In this document: piece by piece, positions 17,957 through 26,227 of the stretch | How the letters are laid out: each line of letters opens with the position of its first letter | Position numbering within the stretch: position 1 is the stretch's first letter | Origin: Planctomycetota bacterium | GTDB taxonomy: Bacteria > Planctomycetota > Brocadiia > Brocadiales > Bathyanammoxibiaceae | Direction of reading: 5' to 3' | NCBI GenBank assembly: GCA_016209685.1 | Contig: JACQVQ010000012.1 | Span: 79,584 to 111,583 of the forward strand | Length of the DNA stretch: 32,000 nt | The notes under the pieces: generated by a model | The model's input: only the letters and a program-made list of their open reading frames with translations | What the model was told of the DNA's origin: nothing | The model's database searches: none | Program-made: the position numbers and the translations under genes

Positions 17957-18343
17957 TTAAGGGATTTTTGGAACTCGGGATTCGGAATTGGGCATGAGGA
18001 GCACCTGGGCAATGGCATAGTCCTTTGTATGAGTTAGGGAGACTTCACAGTTACCAATCCCCTTCGCATCCGCACGCTCCTTTGCCCTTCCGTAGAGCTG
18101 CAGGTAAGGGCGGCCAGTGGGGTCGTTAAGCAGTTCTATATCCTTCCAACCTGCCCCCCCTCCTAAAGCCTTAATAACTGCCTCTTTTGTGGCAAATCTT
18201 GCGGCTAGGTGCTGGAACCTGTTCTTCCTGTTCCGACAATACTCTACTTCTTTAGGGGTATAAATACGGTTCAGAAAAGATTCATTGCGGGAGAAGAGGT
18301 CTTCTATCCTCTTCACCTCCACCAAATCTATTCCTATGTACAC
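17957..18343 (-). CDS. acpS: Holo-[acyl-carrier-protein] synthase (4'-phosphopantetheinyl transferase)
   Basis: MYIGIDLVEVKRIEDLF...FTPKEVEYC-like (IYTPKEVEYCRNRKNRFQHLAARFATKEAVIKALG) and EVSLTHTKDYAIAQ. Confidence 0.9.
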   Translation of the reverse strand: MYIGIDLVEVKRIEDLFSRNESFLNRIYTPKEVEYCRNRKNRFQHLAARFATKEAVIKALGGGAGWKDIELLNDPTGRPYLQLYGRAKERADAKGIGNCEVSLTHTKDYAIAQVLLMPNSESRVPKIP

Positions 18344-18469
18344 CCCTCTAAAATCCTCTCCTTATGCTTTGAAAAAAATTCTACTCAGTGTGCCAGAGAT
18401 TGTCAACCACAATTTCCTGGGGGCTTCTGTTGACTATATCAGTAGATAAAATATAATGCCCCAATTGAA

Positions 18470-18612
18470 TGCGGAATTGGGAGTGCGGAATGCGGAACAT
18501 TCTAAATGTAGAGTGCGGATTTCGGAATGCGGAATTAAAACAACTCCGCACTCAGCACTCCGCATTCCGCACTCCGCATTCTGTACACTCAGCACTCCGC
18601 ATTCCGCATTGA
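18470..18612. repeat. Cluster of GGAATGCGGAAT / ATTCCGCATTCC and CTCAGCACTCCGCATTCC degenerate repeats in inverted arrangement
   Basis: Left half is gaat/gcgga-rich, right half is ccgcattc/ccgcactc-rich, mutually complementary. Confidence 0.85.
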
Positions 18613-18614
18613 CA

Positions 18615-19964
18615 ATGCTCCCACTGGAACTCACGGAAAAAAACCTTAACAGGAACATCGCCCGCCTTGCCATCCCTGCCGCCGCAGAAAATGTCCTCCA
18701 CATGTTGGTCTTCATCGTGGACATTATTATGGTGGGCAGGCTGGGGACAGAGGCAATAGCCTCTGTGGGGCTTGCTGGTGCCCTGAATTTTGTCCTTACC
18801 ATAGTCTTCTCCTCCCTATCAGCCGGGACCTTGAGCCTGGTAGCCCGACATACCGGGGCAAGAGAAAGGTCTATGGCAGAGAGGGTTGCCGCCCAGTCCC
18901 TCCTCCTTTCTATAGTAGTAGGGGTCACGGTAGCCCCGGCCCTATTTCACTACTCCGACGGCATCTTTCACCTCATGGGTGCAGAGCCTGAGGTGCTGAG
19001 GCTGAGTACCCTCTATTTCACCATAGTGATATGCTTCCTGCCCTGCAGGTTGATAATCCTCACCAGCAGTGCATCCCTCAGGGGTGCAGGGGACACACGT
19101 ACCCCCATGCTTATAACCCTGGTCATGAACCTCACCAACGTATTCTTTAACTGGTTGCTAATATTTGGTATATGGATATTTCCCAGGATGGGGGTGGCGG
19201 GGGCGGCCTGGGGTACCGTCATTGCCTATATGGTAGGCGCCACCCTGAGTCTGGCCATCCTTTTTAGGGGAAAGGCCCTGGTGACGTTACACCTGAGGGA
19301 TATGATGGGTTTTGACACGGGAGTAATAAAGAGGGTACTCTGGATATCCCTCCCTGCCACCCTGGATGCCTTGCTCATGCAAATGGGCTATCTGGTGTTT
19401 ATCAAGATAGTTACCATGCTTGGGACAGCGTCTCTGGCCGCCCACCAGATTGCCGTAAGGATAGAATCCATCTCCTTCATGCCCGGCTATGCCCTTGGGA
19501 TGTCCACCGCCACCCTGGTAGGGCAGAGCTTGGGGGCAAAAAAGGAAGACCTGGCCCGTTTGAGCATGAAGAGGAACTGTCTCTTTGCCCTCCTCCTTAT
19601 GTGTACCTTCGGGGTAATCTTCCTGATTATGCCTAGACAATTGGGCATGATATTTGGCCCGGAAGAGGAGGTGCTCCGCCTATCCAGCCTCTGTGTGATG
19701 ATATCTGCCATAGAGCAACCTGCCCTGGCCATCTACATGGTCTATGCAGGGGGTCTACGGGGGGCAGGGGATACCATGAGCCCAATGCTAATCACCATAG
19801 TGGGGACGTTATTCTTTCACCTCCCCATGGCCTATATATTTGGTATAGTCATGGGCTGGGGACTGGCGGGGATATGGTTTGGGGCCGCCCTGGACTGGAT
19901 AGGCCGTGCTATCGCCGTGTACATACTCTTCCGCCGGGGGAGGTGGCGGAGGCTAAAAATGTAG
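18615..19964 (+). CDS. MATE family efflux transporter
   Basis: LPLELTEKNLNRNIARLAIPAAAENVLHMLVFIVDIIMVGRLGTEAIASVGLAG..., GAALDWIGRAIAVYILFRRGRW, about 12 TM. ATG at 18615; the ORF-track extension from 18456 translates repeat DNA. Confidence 0.88.
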   Translation: MLPLELTEKNLNRNIARLAIPAAAENVLHMLVFIVDIIMVGRLGTEAIASVGLAGALNFVLTIVFSSLSAGTLSLVARHTGARERSMAERVAAQSLLLSIVVGVTVAPALFHYSDGIFHLMGAEPEVLRLSTLYFTIVICFLPCRLIILTSSASLRGAGDTRTPMLITLVMNLTNVFFNWLLIFGIWIFPRMGVAGAAWGTVIAYMVGATLSLAILFRGKALVTLHLRDMMGFDTGVIKRVLWISLPATLDALLMQMGYLVFIKIVTMLGTASLAAHQIAVRIESISFMPGYALGMSTATLVGQSLGAKKEDLARLSMKRNCLFALLLMCTFGVIFLIMPRQLGMIFGPEEEVLRLSSLCVMISAIEQPALAIYMVYAGGLRGAGDTMSPMLITIVGTLFFHLPMAYIFGIVMGWGLAGIWFGAALDWIGRAIAVYILFRRGRWRRLKM

Positions 19965-20063
19965 GGGCGGGCCACCCCTACTGATGCGGATTGTGGCATT
20001 CCGCAGTCTGCATTCCGAATTCAGTTGACAGTCCCAAGCCTCTCTGTTAACATACCATTTTTA

Positions 20064-20144
20064 GGGCGATTAGCTCAGTTGGCTAGAGCGTCCGCCTCAG
20101 GCGGACAAGAGGTCAGGGATTTAGGTTCAGTTTTAAGACGACCA
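20064..20144 (+). pseudogene. Degenerate tRNA copy whose anticodon arm is occupied by TCCGCCTCAGGCGGA
   Basis: The first 27 nt are identical to the tRNA at 20153; then TCCGCCTCAGGCGGA; then AAGAGGTCAG shared; the T arm and acceptor 3' strand do not pair. Confidence 0.8.
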
Positions 20145-20152
20145 ATTTCTTG

Positions 20153-20229
20153 GGGCGATTAGCTCAGTTGGCTAGAGCGCTTGCTCGACAAGCAAGAGGT
20201 CAGTGGTTCAAGTCCACTATCGCCCACCA
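20153..20229 (+). tRNA. tRNA with anticodon GAC (tRNA-Val) by standard loop position, CCA encoded
   Basis: Acceptor GGGCGAT/ATCGCCC, D arm GCTC/GAGC, anticodon stem CTTGC/GCAAG with loop TCGACAA, T arm AGTGG-TTCAAGT-CCACT, ACCA end. Position 33 is C, not U. Confidence 0.82.
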
Positions 20230-20270
20230 TGTTCCGAATGTGGAATTCGGAATGCGGAATTTGGAATGTT

Positions 20271-22193
20271 ATGGTTAAGATTAGGTTACCTGACGGCGTA
20301 GAAAAGACTTATAGGGAAAATACTACTGTAGGGCAGATTGCCAGAGACCTTGGAGAGTCCTGCTATAGTAAGGCGGTTGCAGGAAAGACTAACGGCACCC
20401 TGGTAGACCTCAGTTTTCCCCTCACAAAGGATACCACCCTATCTGTCATCACTGAGGATACCCCCGAGGGATTAGACATCCTCCGCCACAGTACAGCCCA
20501 TATAATGGCACAGGCAGTGCAGAGACTCTTTCCTGAGGCAGAGTTGGGGATAGGGCCTACTATAGAGAATGGCTTTTATTATGACTTCCGCCTGGAGAGG
20601 CCATTAACCCAGGAAGACTTGGAAAAGATAGAGGCCGAGATGGGGAAAATTATAAAGGAAGACCTGGCCTTCCAGAGACAGCTCTTTCCTCGCCGGGAGG
20701 CCATAACCAGGATGGAAGAGATACGACAACCGTTCAAGGTAGAACTCCTCAAAGATATAGAGGAAGAGACGGTCAGCCTCTACACCCAGGGGGAATTCCT
20801 TGACCTCTGTCGTGGACCGCACCTCTTCACCACAGGTCGGGCAGGGGCCTTCAAGCTCCTCAACGTGGCCGGGGCATACTGGCGGGGCAAGGAAACTAAC
20901 CCCATGCTCCAGCGCATCTACGGCACCGCCTTTTTTAGTAAGGAGGAGTTGGATAGATACCTGCACCTCCTGGAAGAGGCAAAGAAGCGGGACCACAGGA
21001 AGCTGGGAAGGGAGCTGGATCTGTACAGCTTCAGAGAGGAGTGTGGTCCCGGCCTAGTCCTCTGGCACCCAAAAGGGGCCCGTATCAGGAACGTCATAGA
21101 AAGGTTCTGGTCCGAAGAGCACTACAAAAGGGGTTACGAGATTGTCTATAGCCCCCATATAGCCAGGGCCAGTCTCTGGCATACCAGTGGACACTGGGAC
21201 TTCTACCGCCAGAGCATGTTTGCACCCTTTGAGCTAGAGACAAGCCAATACTTAGTGAAGCCCATGAACTGCCCCTTTGCCGTACTCATCTTCAAGTCAG
21301 ACATGAGGAGCTACCGAGACCTCCCCATCCGGTTTGCCGAGCTAGGGACGGTATATCGCTACGAACGCTCGGGGGTACTCCACGGTCTCCTCAGGGTAAG
21401 GGGGTTCACCCAGGATGATGCCCATATCTTCTGTACACCCGAACAGTTAGAAGGAGAGATACTAGGGGTCATAAACCTGGCCCAGTACATGCTCTCCTCC
21501 TTCGGGTTCAAGGAATACGAAATAGAGCTGGCCGTCAGGGGGAAGGGGGAAAAGGACAAATATATCGGGAGTGATGGGAATTGGGAGTTGGCCGAGACGG
21601 CCCTTAGGCGGGCACTTGAGTCCAAGGACCTCCCCTTCGTAGTAGGTGAAGGAGAGGCCAAGTTTTACGGGCCCTCCATAGACATAAGGATAAAAGACGC
21701 CCTGGGTAGGGGTTGGCAGGGGCCCACTATACAGGTAGATTTCAACCTCCCAGAGAGGTTTGACGTCAACTACATAGGCCCGGACGGTAAAGAGCACAAG
21801 GTAGTAATGATTCACCGCACGGTGCTGGGTGCCCTGGAGCGATTCCTGGGATGTCTAATAGAGCATTACAGCGGGGCATTCCCCCTGTGGATAGCCCCGG
21901 TACAGATAAAGATACTCACCATAAAGGATACCCACGCCGATTACGCCCACAGTCTGAAGACCCGATTGGAAGAAAAGGGTATCAGGGTCCAGTGTGACCT
22001 CAGAAATGCAACCGTCGGTTACAAAATCAGGGAGGGGAGGACAGAGAAAGTGCCCTACCTCCTGATTATCGGTGACAAAGAGGTAGAAGAAGGTACAGTC
22101 TCCCTCAGGAGCCGGGAGAAAGGAGACGAAGGTCGTCTCCCCCCAGACGCCCTTCTGGCACGTCTGGAAAGGGAAGTCAGGGAAAGACTCTAA
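20271..22193 (+). CDS. thrS: Threonyl-tRNA synthetase
   Basis: MVKIRLPDGVEKTYRENTTVGQIA TGS domain, LDILRHSTAHIMAQAVQRLFPEAELGIGPTIENGFYYDF, CRGPHL, MNCPFAVLIFKS, VMIHRTVLGALERFLGCLIEHYSGAFPLWIAPVQ. Confidence 0.96.
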   Translation: MVKIRLPDGVEKTYRENTTVGQIARDLGESCYSKAVAGKTNGTLVDLSFPLTKDTTLSVITEDTPEGLDILRHSTAHIMAQAVQRLFPEAELGIGPTIENGFYYDFRLERPLTQEDLEKIEAEMGKIIKEDLAFQRQLFPRREAITRMEEIRQPFKVELLKDIEEETVSLYTQGEFLDLCRGPHLFTTGRAGAFKLLNVAGAYWRGKETNPMLQRIYGTAFFSKEELDRYLHLLEEAKKRDHRKLGRELDLYSFREECGPGLVLWHPKGARIRNVIERFWSEEHYKRGYEIVYSPHIARASLWHTSGHWDFYRQSMFAPFELETSQYLVKPMNCPFAVLIFKSDMRSYRDLPIRFAELGTVYRYERSGVLHGLLRVRGFTQDDAHIFCTPEQLEGEILGVINLAQYMLSSFGFKEYEIELAVRGKGEKDKYIGSDGNWELAETALRRALESKDLPFVVGEGEAKFYGPSIDIRIKDALGRGWQGPTIQVDFNLPERFDVNYIGPDGKEHKVVMIHRTVLGALERFLGCLIEHYSGAFPLWIAPVQIKILTIKDTHADYAHSLKTRLEEKGIRVQCDLRNATVGYKIREGRTEKVPYLLIIGDKEVEEGTVSLRSREKGDEGRLPPDALLARLEREVRERL

Positions 22194-22205
22194 GACCATT
22201 TTAAG

Positions 22206-22213
22206 AAAGGAGG
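22206..22213 (+). promoter_or_regulatory. Shine-Dalgarno AAAGGAGG for infC
   Basis: Strong SD located 6 nt before ATT at 22220 and 0 nt before TTG at 22214. Confidence 0.8.
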
Positions 22214-22219
22214 TTGTTT

Positions 22220-22717
22220 ATTTCTCAGGAATATAGGATAAACGAAAGGATCTTTGCAAAGCAACTAAGGGTTATAGATGATGAGGGTGCACAACTAGGG
22301 ATCCTCACAAAGGAGGAGGCGTTACAGAAGGCAAGGCAATTAGAACTGGACTTAGTAGAGGTGGCGCCTCAGGCAGACCCACCAGTCTGCCGACTCATGA
22401 ATTTCGGGAAATTCAAGTACCGCCAGAAGAAAAAGACACACAAACACCACGCCAGTCAGCTAAAAGAGTTGCGAGTGAGGCCAAAGATAGACCCCCATGA
22501 CCTCCAGACTAAGACTCAGCAGGCCAGAAAATTCCTGCAAAGGAAAGACAAGGTGCTGGTGAACATGATCTTCAGGGGAAGAGAAAGGGCACATGCAGAG
22601 CTGGGTAAGGAGATGCTCATGAAGGTTGCCCAGGAGCTAGAGGACGTTGCCAAGGTAGAAAAGGGGGTAACACTGGACGGCAGGAAGATGAGTCTGCTTC
22701 TTGCCCCAAAGACATAA
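22220..22717 (+). CDS. infC: Translation initiation factor IF-3, probably starting at a rare AUU codon
   Basis: SQEYRINERIFAKQLRVIDDEGAQLGILTKEEALQKARQLELDLVEVAPQADPPVCRLMNFGKFKYRQKKK. ATT at 22220 has ideal spacing to the SD. Confidence 0.93.
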   Translation: MSQEYRINERIFAKQLRVIDDEGAQLGILTKEEALQKARQLELDLVEVAPQADPPVCRLMNFGKFKYRQKKKTHKHHASQLKELRVRPKIDPHDLQTKTQQARKFLQRKDKVLVNMIFRGRERAHAELGKEMLMKVAQELEDVAKVEKGVTLDGRKMSLLLAPKT

Positions 22718-22719
22718 AC

Positions 22720-22740
22720 CCCGTACCGGATTGGTACGGG
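22720..22740 (+). other. Short intergenic hairpin CCCGTACC-GGATT-GGTACGGG between infC and rpmI
   Basis: Perfect 8-bp stem with no T-run, so an attenuator/processing site or a repeat rather than a clear terminator. Confidence 0.6.
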
Positions 22741-22755
22741 TAAAGGACACTCATT

Positions 22756-22950
22756 ATGCCAAAGCTAAAAACTCATAAGGGACTTTCCAAGAGGGTAAAG
22801 GTTACCGCTAGCGGTAAGATCATCCACAGCAGGGCCTATAAGGGCCATCTCCTGTCGGGAAAATCGGCTAAACGCCGCCGCCACTTGCGGAGAAAGACCC
22901 TCATCCACGAAACACAGCTCAAATCAATGAGGCCTCTACTGCGCGGGTAA
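22756..22950 (+). CDS. rpmI: 50S ribosomal protein L35
   Basis: MPKLKTHKGLSKRVKVTASGKIIHSRAYKGHLLSGKSAKRRRHLRR. Confidence 0.95.
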   Translation: MPKLKTHKGLSKRVKVTASGKIIHSRAYKGHLLSGKSAKRRRHLRRKTLIHETQLKSMRPLLRG

Positions 22951-22954
22951 TTCA

Positions 22955-23050
<96 letters not shown>

Positions 23051-23071
23051 AATTAAGGAGGAGTGTGAACC

Positions 23072-23428
23072 ATGACCAGAGCAATGAAAGGGGCCGCCAG
23101 AAAACAGGCCAGGAAGAAGGTCCTTAAGGCGGCCAAGGGTTTTTGGGGGGGAAGGAGTAAACTCTACAGAAAGGCCAAGGAGACCCTCCTGAGGGCCGGG
23201 GCTTACGCCTACCGCGACCGCAGGACAAGAAAGCGGAATATCAGGAGTCTGTGGATTGTCCGCATCCATGCTGCGGCCATGCAAAGGGGACTCTCTTACA
23301 GCCAGCTCATGGGTGGCCTCGCAAAGGCCGGACTGGATATAAACAGAAAACTCCTGTCCGACATGGCCATCAATGACGCCAAAGGTTTTGACCAACTGGT
23401 ACAGACTGCCCGTGCCAATATAGGCTAA
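23072..23428 (+). CDS. rplT: 50S ribosomal protein L20
   Basis: MTRAMKGAARKQARKKVLKAAKGFWGGRSKLYRKAKETLLRAGAYAYRDRRTRKRNIRSLWI. Confidence 0.95.
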   Translation: MTRAMKGAARKQARKKVLKAAKGFWGGRSKLYRKAKETLLRAGAYAYRDRRTRKRNIRSLWIVRIHAAAMQRGLSYSQLMGGLAKAGLDINRKLLSDMAINDAKGFDQLVQTARANIG

Positions 23429-23540
23429 GGGAGTAGGGGGTAGGGAGTAGAAACACATTAAATTGCAAATTTTAAATTTAAAATTTCTAATTTACAATTT
23501 CTAATTCCTTTAACCCCTAGTCCCTAGCCTCTAACCCCTA
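23427..23540. repeat. G-rich/C-rich inverted repeat (AAGGGAGTAGGGGGTAGGGAGTAG ... AACCCCTAGTCCCTAGCCTCTAACCCCTAA) around an AT-rich palindromic core
   Basis: Direct reading. The right arm ends at the galU start codon. Confidence 0.8.
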
Positions 23541-24422
23541 ATGAAAAAGCCACTTCCTACAAGAGTAAGAAAAGCGGTACTGCCAGTGGCAGGTCTGGGT
23601 ACCAGGTTTTTACCCGCCACCAAGGCCTTCCCCAAGGAGATGCTCCCCATAGTTGATAAACCCATGATACAGTACATCGTGGAAGAGGCAAAGGAGTCAG
23701 GGATAGAGCAGATAATCCTGGTAACGGGCCGGGGGAAACAGGCCATAGAAAACCACTTTGACACCTCCTTTGAACTGGAGCGCATACTGGAACAGAAAGG
23801 GGAGGAAAAACTCCTCCAGGAAGTACAGAAGGTCTCCAACCTGGTAAGTTTCTGCTACGTAAGGCAGAAGGAGGCACTAGGGTTGGGGCATGCAGTCCTC
23901 TGTGCAAGGGAGGTAGTGGGTAACGAACCATTTGCAGTACTCCTGGGAGACATGATAATAGACTCCAAGACCCCCGCTTTAAGGCAACTACTGGAGGTGT
24001 ATAGGCATTACAAAGCCCCTGCTATTGCGGTGGGCGAGGTAGAACGGTCTGAGGTATCTCGCTACGGGATAATCAAGGCCAATCATGTAAGCACCGGGGT
24101 CTACAAGATATTAGACCTGGTGGAAAAACCCTCCCCGGAAAAAACCCCTTCCAACCTGGCAATCATTGGTAGATACATCCTGCCGCCAGAGATATTTGAC
24201 ATACTGAAAGACCTGACACCCGGAGCCCTCGGAGAGATACAGCTTACAGACGCCTTGAAGAAACTGCTAGGCAGTTCTGCCCTCTATGCCTGTGAGGTAA
24301 AAGGGAAACTATACGACGGCGGGGACAAGCTCGGCCTCCTGAAGGCTACGGTAGAACTGGCCCTGAAGAACCAGGAGCTTGGGGATGAGTTCCGTCAATA
24401 TTTAAGGGGGTTGAATCTTTAG
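23541..24422 (+). CDS. galU: UTP--glucose-1-phosphate uridylyltransferase
   Basis: RKAVLPVAGLGTRFLPATKAFPKEMLPIVDKPMIQYIVEEAKESGIEQIILVTGRGKQAIENHFD. Confidence 0.94.
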   Translation: MKKPLPTRVRKAVLPVAGLGTRFLPATKAFPKEMLPIVDKPMIQYIVEEAKESGIEQIILVTGRGKQAIENHFDTSFELERILEQKGEEKLLQEVQKVSNLVSFCYVRQKEALGLGHAVLCAREVVGNEPFAVLLGDMIIDSKTPALRQLLEVYRHYKAPAIAVGEVERSEVSRYGIIKANHVSTGVYKILDLVEKPSPEKTPSNLAIIGRYILPPEIFDILKDLTPGALGEIQLTDALKKLLGSSALYACEVKGKLYDGGDKLGLLKATVELALKNQELGDEFRQYLRGLNL

Positions 24423-24649
24423 GTTGTATGAATCTCTTTATGCGGGCTTTTCTGGACCCCTTGATTATTGTGAGGGAGAAACTATCCGCCTTGGGCGGAT
24501 GACTTTACGTAACAATCCAAACTGTTAGGTTTGATTTAAACTAGGACATATGTACGATAATTAAGCATTTTTAGAAGACGGTGCGTCCTGACGCACCCTA
24601 CACTACTAGGACAATAAGTCATTCTGTCCCGTTGAATTTCGGGACGTTC

Positions 24650-26227
24650 CTAAACTTTCCACCCATCCTCCAAAATATCCAAAGGCATTCCCGGTACAAT
24701 ATTGTTTTTAATCTCTCTCCTTTTTGCTCGTTGCTGCTCTTCGCAATGGATAGCTAAAGATAGATAAATCAGAGCAGCTCTTATCATTTTAAGAAGCCTA
24801 AGTGTTTTTGCCTGAAATTCGCCACGATAAATTGAAAATGCAAGGGTATCCCTCAAGGCTAAAAATACCTCCTCATTGTTAGAGGGTGGCCCTGACCAAT
24901 CATTTTCATGAAGCTTCAGGTACTTGTGTTCCAGATGGTTGCGGGTTTCTGAAAGTGCCTGAGCATCAGGCTCTATGGATTTTTTGAAATCTGGCTCATT
25001 TTCATACAAATCCTTACTGAGCCAGAAAAGTCCACGAAGTGGCCAGTTTTCATATCGCTGGAACTCCGGTCGTAAACCCTTTTTTTTATGTTGGGAGGCA
25101 TACCAAAATTTTCTGAAGGTAATTTCTTTCTCTGGTATGGAAAGATGCAGATAATGGTTTAAAAAATAAGCAATCTTATCAAATAGAGAATAGGACACCC
25201 TGAAGGCAGTCTTCACTTTTTCGACAGCAAGGGAATATGAGGGGTAGTCAAGTGTATTGAAAAGACGAACATCCCTGTCTGAAAAGTGAGGCCTCCTTAC
25301 ACTAATCCCTTCGTGATAAAGATACCTTGCAGATACGAATTCTTGCTTCATTTGATTGAAGTAGCCGTGATAATATGGCCCCTCTTTAATACCCACTACG
25401 ATGGAGGGGGTATGAAAAACATCACGTGCAGCAATTGGATAAGGTCCAAGGTCATTCAAGGGATTTAGGAACAATCGATTTGAGAGACACCACTTCCGAT
25501 ACCGAATCTCCGATTGTGAATCACCAAGAGAAAATGAATGCATATCAATCCCTTTGGCCAAATGTTCTGGTGAGAGTACAGACTCAATTTGTGTCTTGCA
25601 CTTTTTAAAACCTCTTTGTGCGTCTGGATGAAGCGCAGACAGAGGGGCTGTGCTCAAATCAATGTGGGCTTGTCTAAGAAAAACTGCCGTATGGCCTTGG
25701 TCGTAAAGGGCCTTAGCATAGTAACTGAGAGCAACTCCCCTGTTGCCAAGAGCCATAGCAAATGAAGGTACAATCTCTAGCGTTTTATCCCAATATCCGA
25801 TAGCCTCTACGAAACGGCCAACATGGTTTAGACAGTTGGCCAGATTAGTCAAAATTTGGCACTGTCGCTCCTTTGGTAATTCTTGAAAACCCTCCTCCTG
25901 TAAAGCAAGGCGGAGATGAATAATCTCTTTTTCTATCTCTTCCTGCTCCCAATCCCAAGCTAGTTTGCTGCCCGTTCTTGATATTAATCTTAGATTTCCC
26001 CAGGCGTTAGCCGAAAAGTAGTGTAATATCGCCTTTTGCCCAGCGTTCATCTGTCTTTTTTGTAATTCTTCAGATAGTGTAATAGCACGCCTCAAACCTT
26101 CAATCTTTCTCAAATCCAGGGATATATCAGTTAGCTCTCCTATATGCTCAAGTGCAACTTCAGTTGATAGGCTATCTAGGGTTTTAGCAGATATTAGGGA
26201 TTTGTATTTGTTTAAATAATCATCCAT
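24650..26227 (-). CDS. LA2681-like HEPN-domain protein with N-terminal TPR-like region
   Basis: 525 aa. TPR-like ILTNLANCLNHVGRFVEAIGYWDKTLEIVPSFAMALGNRGVAL; C-terminal HEPN-type motif RNxxxH in ALSETRNHLEHKYLKLHE; LIYLSLAIHCEEQQRAKR helix. Confidence 0.7.
   Translation of the reverse strand: MDDYLNKYKSLISAKTLDSLSTEVALEHIGELTDISLDLRKIEGLRRAITLSEELQKRQMNAGQKAILHYFSANAWGNLRLISRTGSKLAWDWEQEEIEKEIIHLRLALQEEGFQELPKERQCQILTNLANCLNHVGRFVEAIGYWDKTLEIVPSFAMALGNRGVALSYYAKALYDQGHTAVFLRQAHIDLSTAPLSALHPDAQRGFKKCKTQIESVLSPEHLAKGIDMHSFSLGDSQSEIRYRKWCLSNRLFLNPLNDLGPYPIAARDVFHTPSIVVGIKEGPYYHGYFNQMKQEFVSARYLYHEGISVRRPHFSDRDVRLFNTLDYPSYSLAVEKVKTAFRVSYSLFDKIAYFLNHYLHLSIPEKEITFRKFWYASQHKKKGLRPEFQRYENWPLRGLFWLSKDLYENEPDFKKSIEPDAQALSETRNHLEHKYLKLHENDWSGPPSNNEEVFLALRDTLAFSIYRGEFQAKTLRLLKMIRAALIYLSLAIHCEEQQRAKRREIKNNIVPGMPLDILEDGWKV

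Noticed and set aside
10628-18343. Firm assignment of the KS/radical SAM cluster as the ladderane pathway
   Set aside because: No dehydratase, ACP or desaturase-like gene is visible, and the host cannot be established from the window. It stays a hypothesis.
18456-18614. N-terminal extension of the MATE protein (MPQLNAELGVRNAEHSKCRVRISECG...)
   Set aside because: It is a translation of GGAATGCGGAAT-type repeat DNA. The MATE family start matches MLPLELTEKN at 18615.
20064-20144. Two functional tandem tRNAs
   Set aside because: The first copy has no 7-nt anticodon loop, and its T arm and acceptor 3' strand do not pair.
20181-20270. N-terminal extension of ThrS and its overlap with the tRNA
   Set aside because: The first 30 residues translate the tRNA 3' half and a repeat. 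The TGS domain begins at MVKIRLPDG (20271).
20604-22199. Long antisense ORFs across thrS (20604..20996, 20800..21057, 21462..21815, 21855..22199)
   Set aside because: They overlap a highly conserved thrS frame and contain no domains.
22720-22740. Rho-independent terminator after infC
   Set aside because: The hairpin lacks a T-run and would separate infC from rpmI, which are normally cotranscribed. Kept only as a hairpin.
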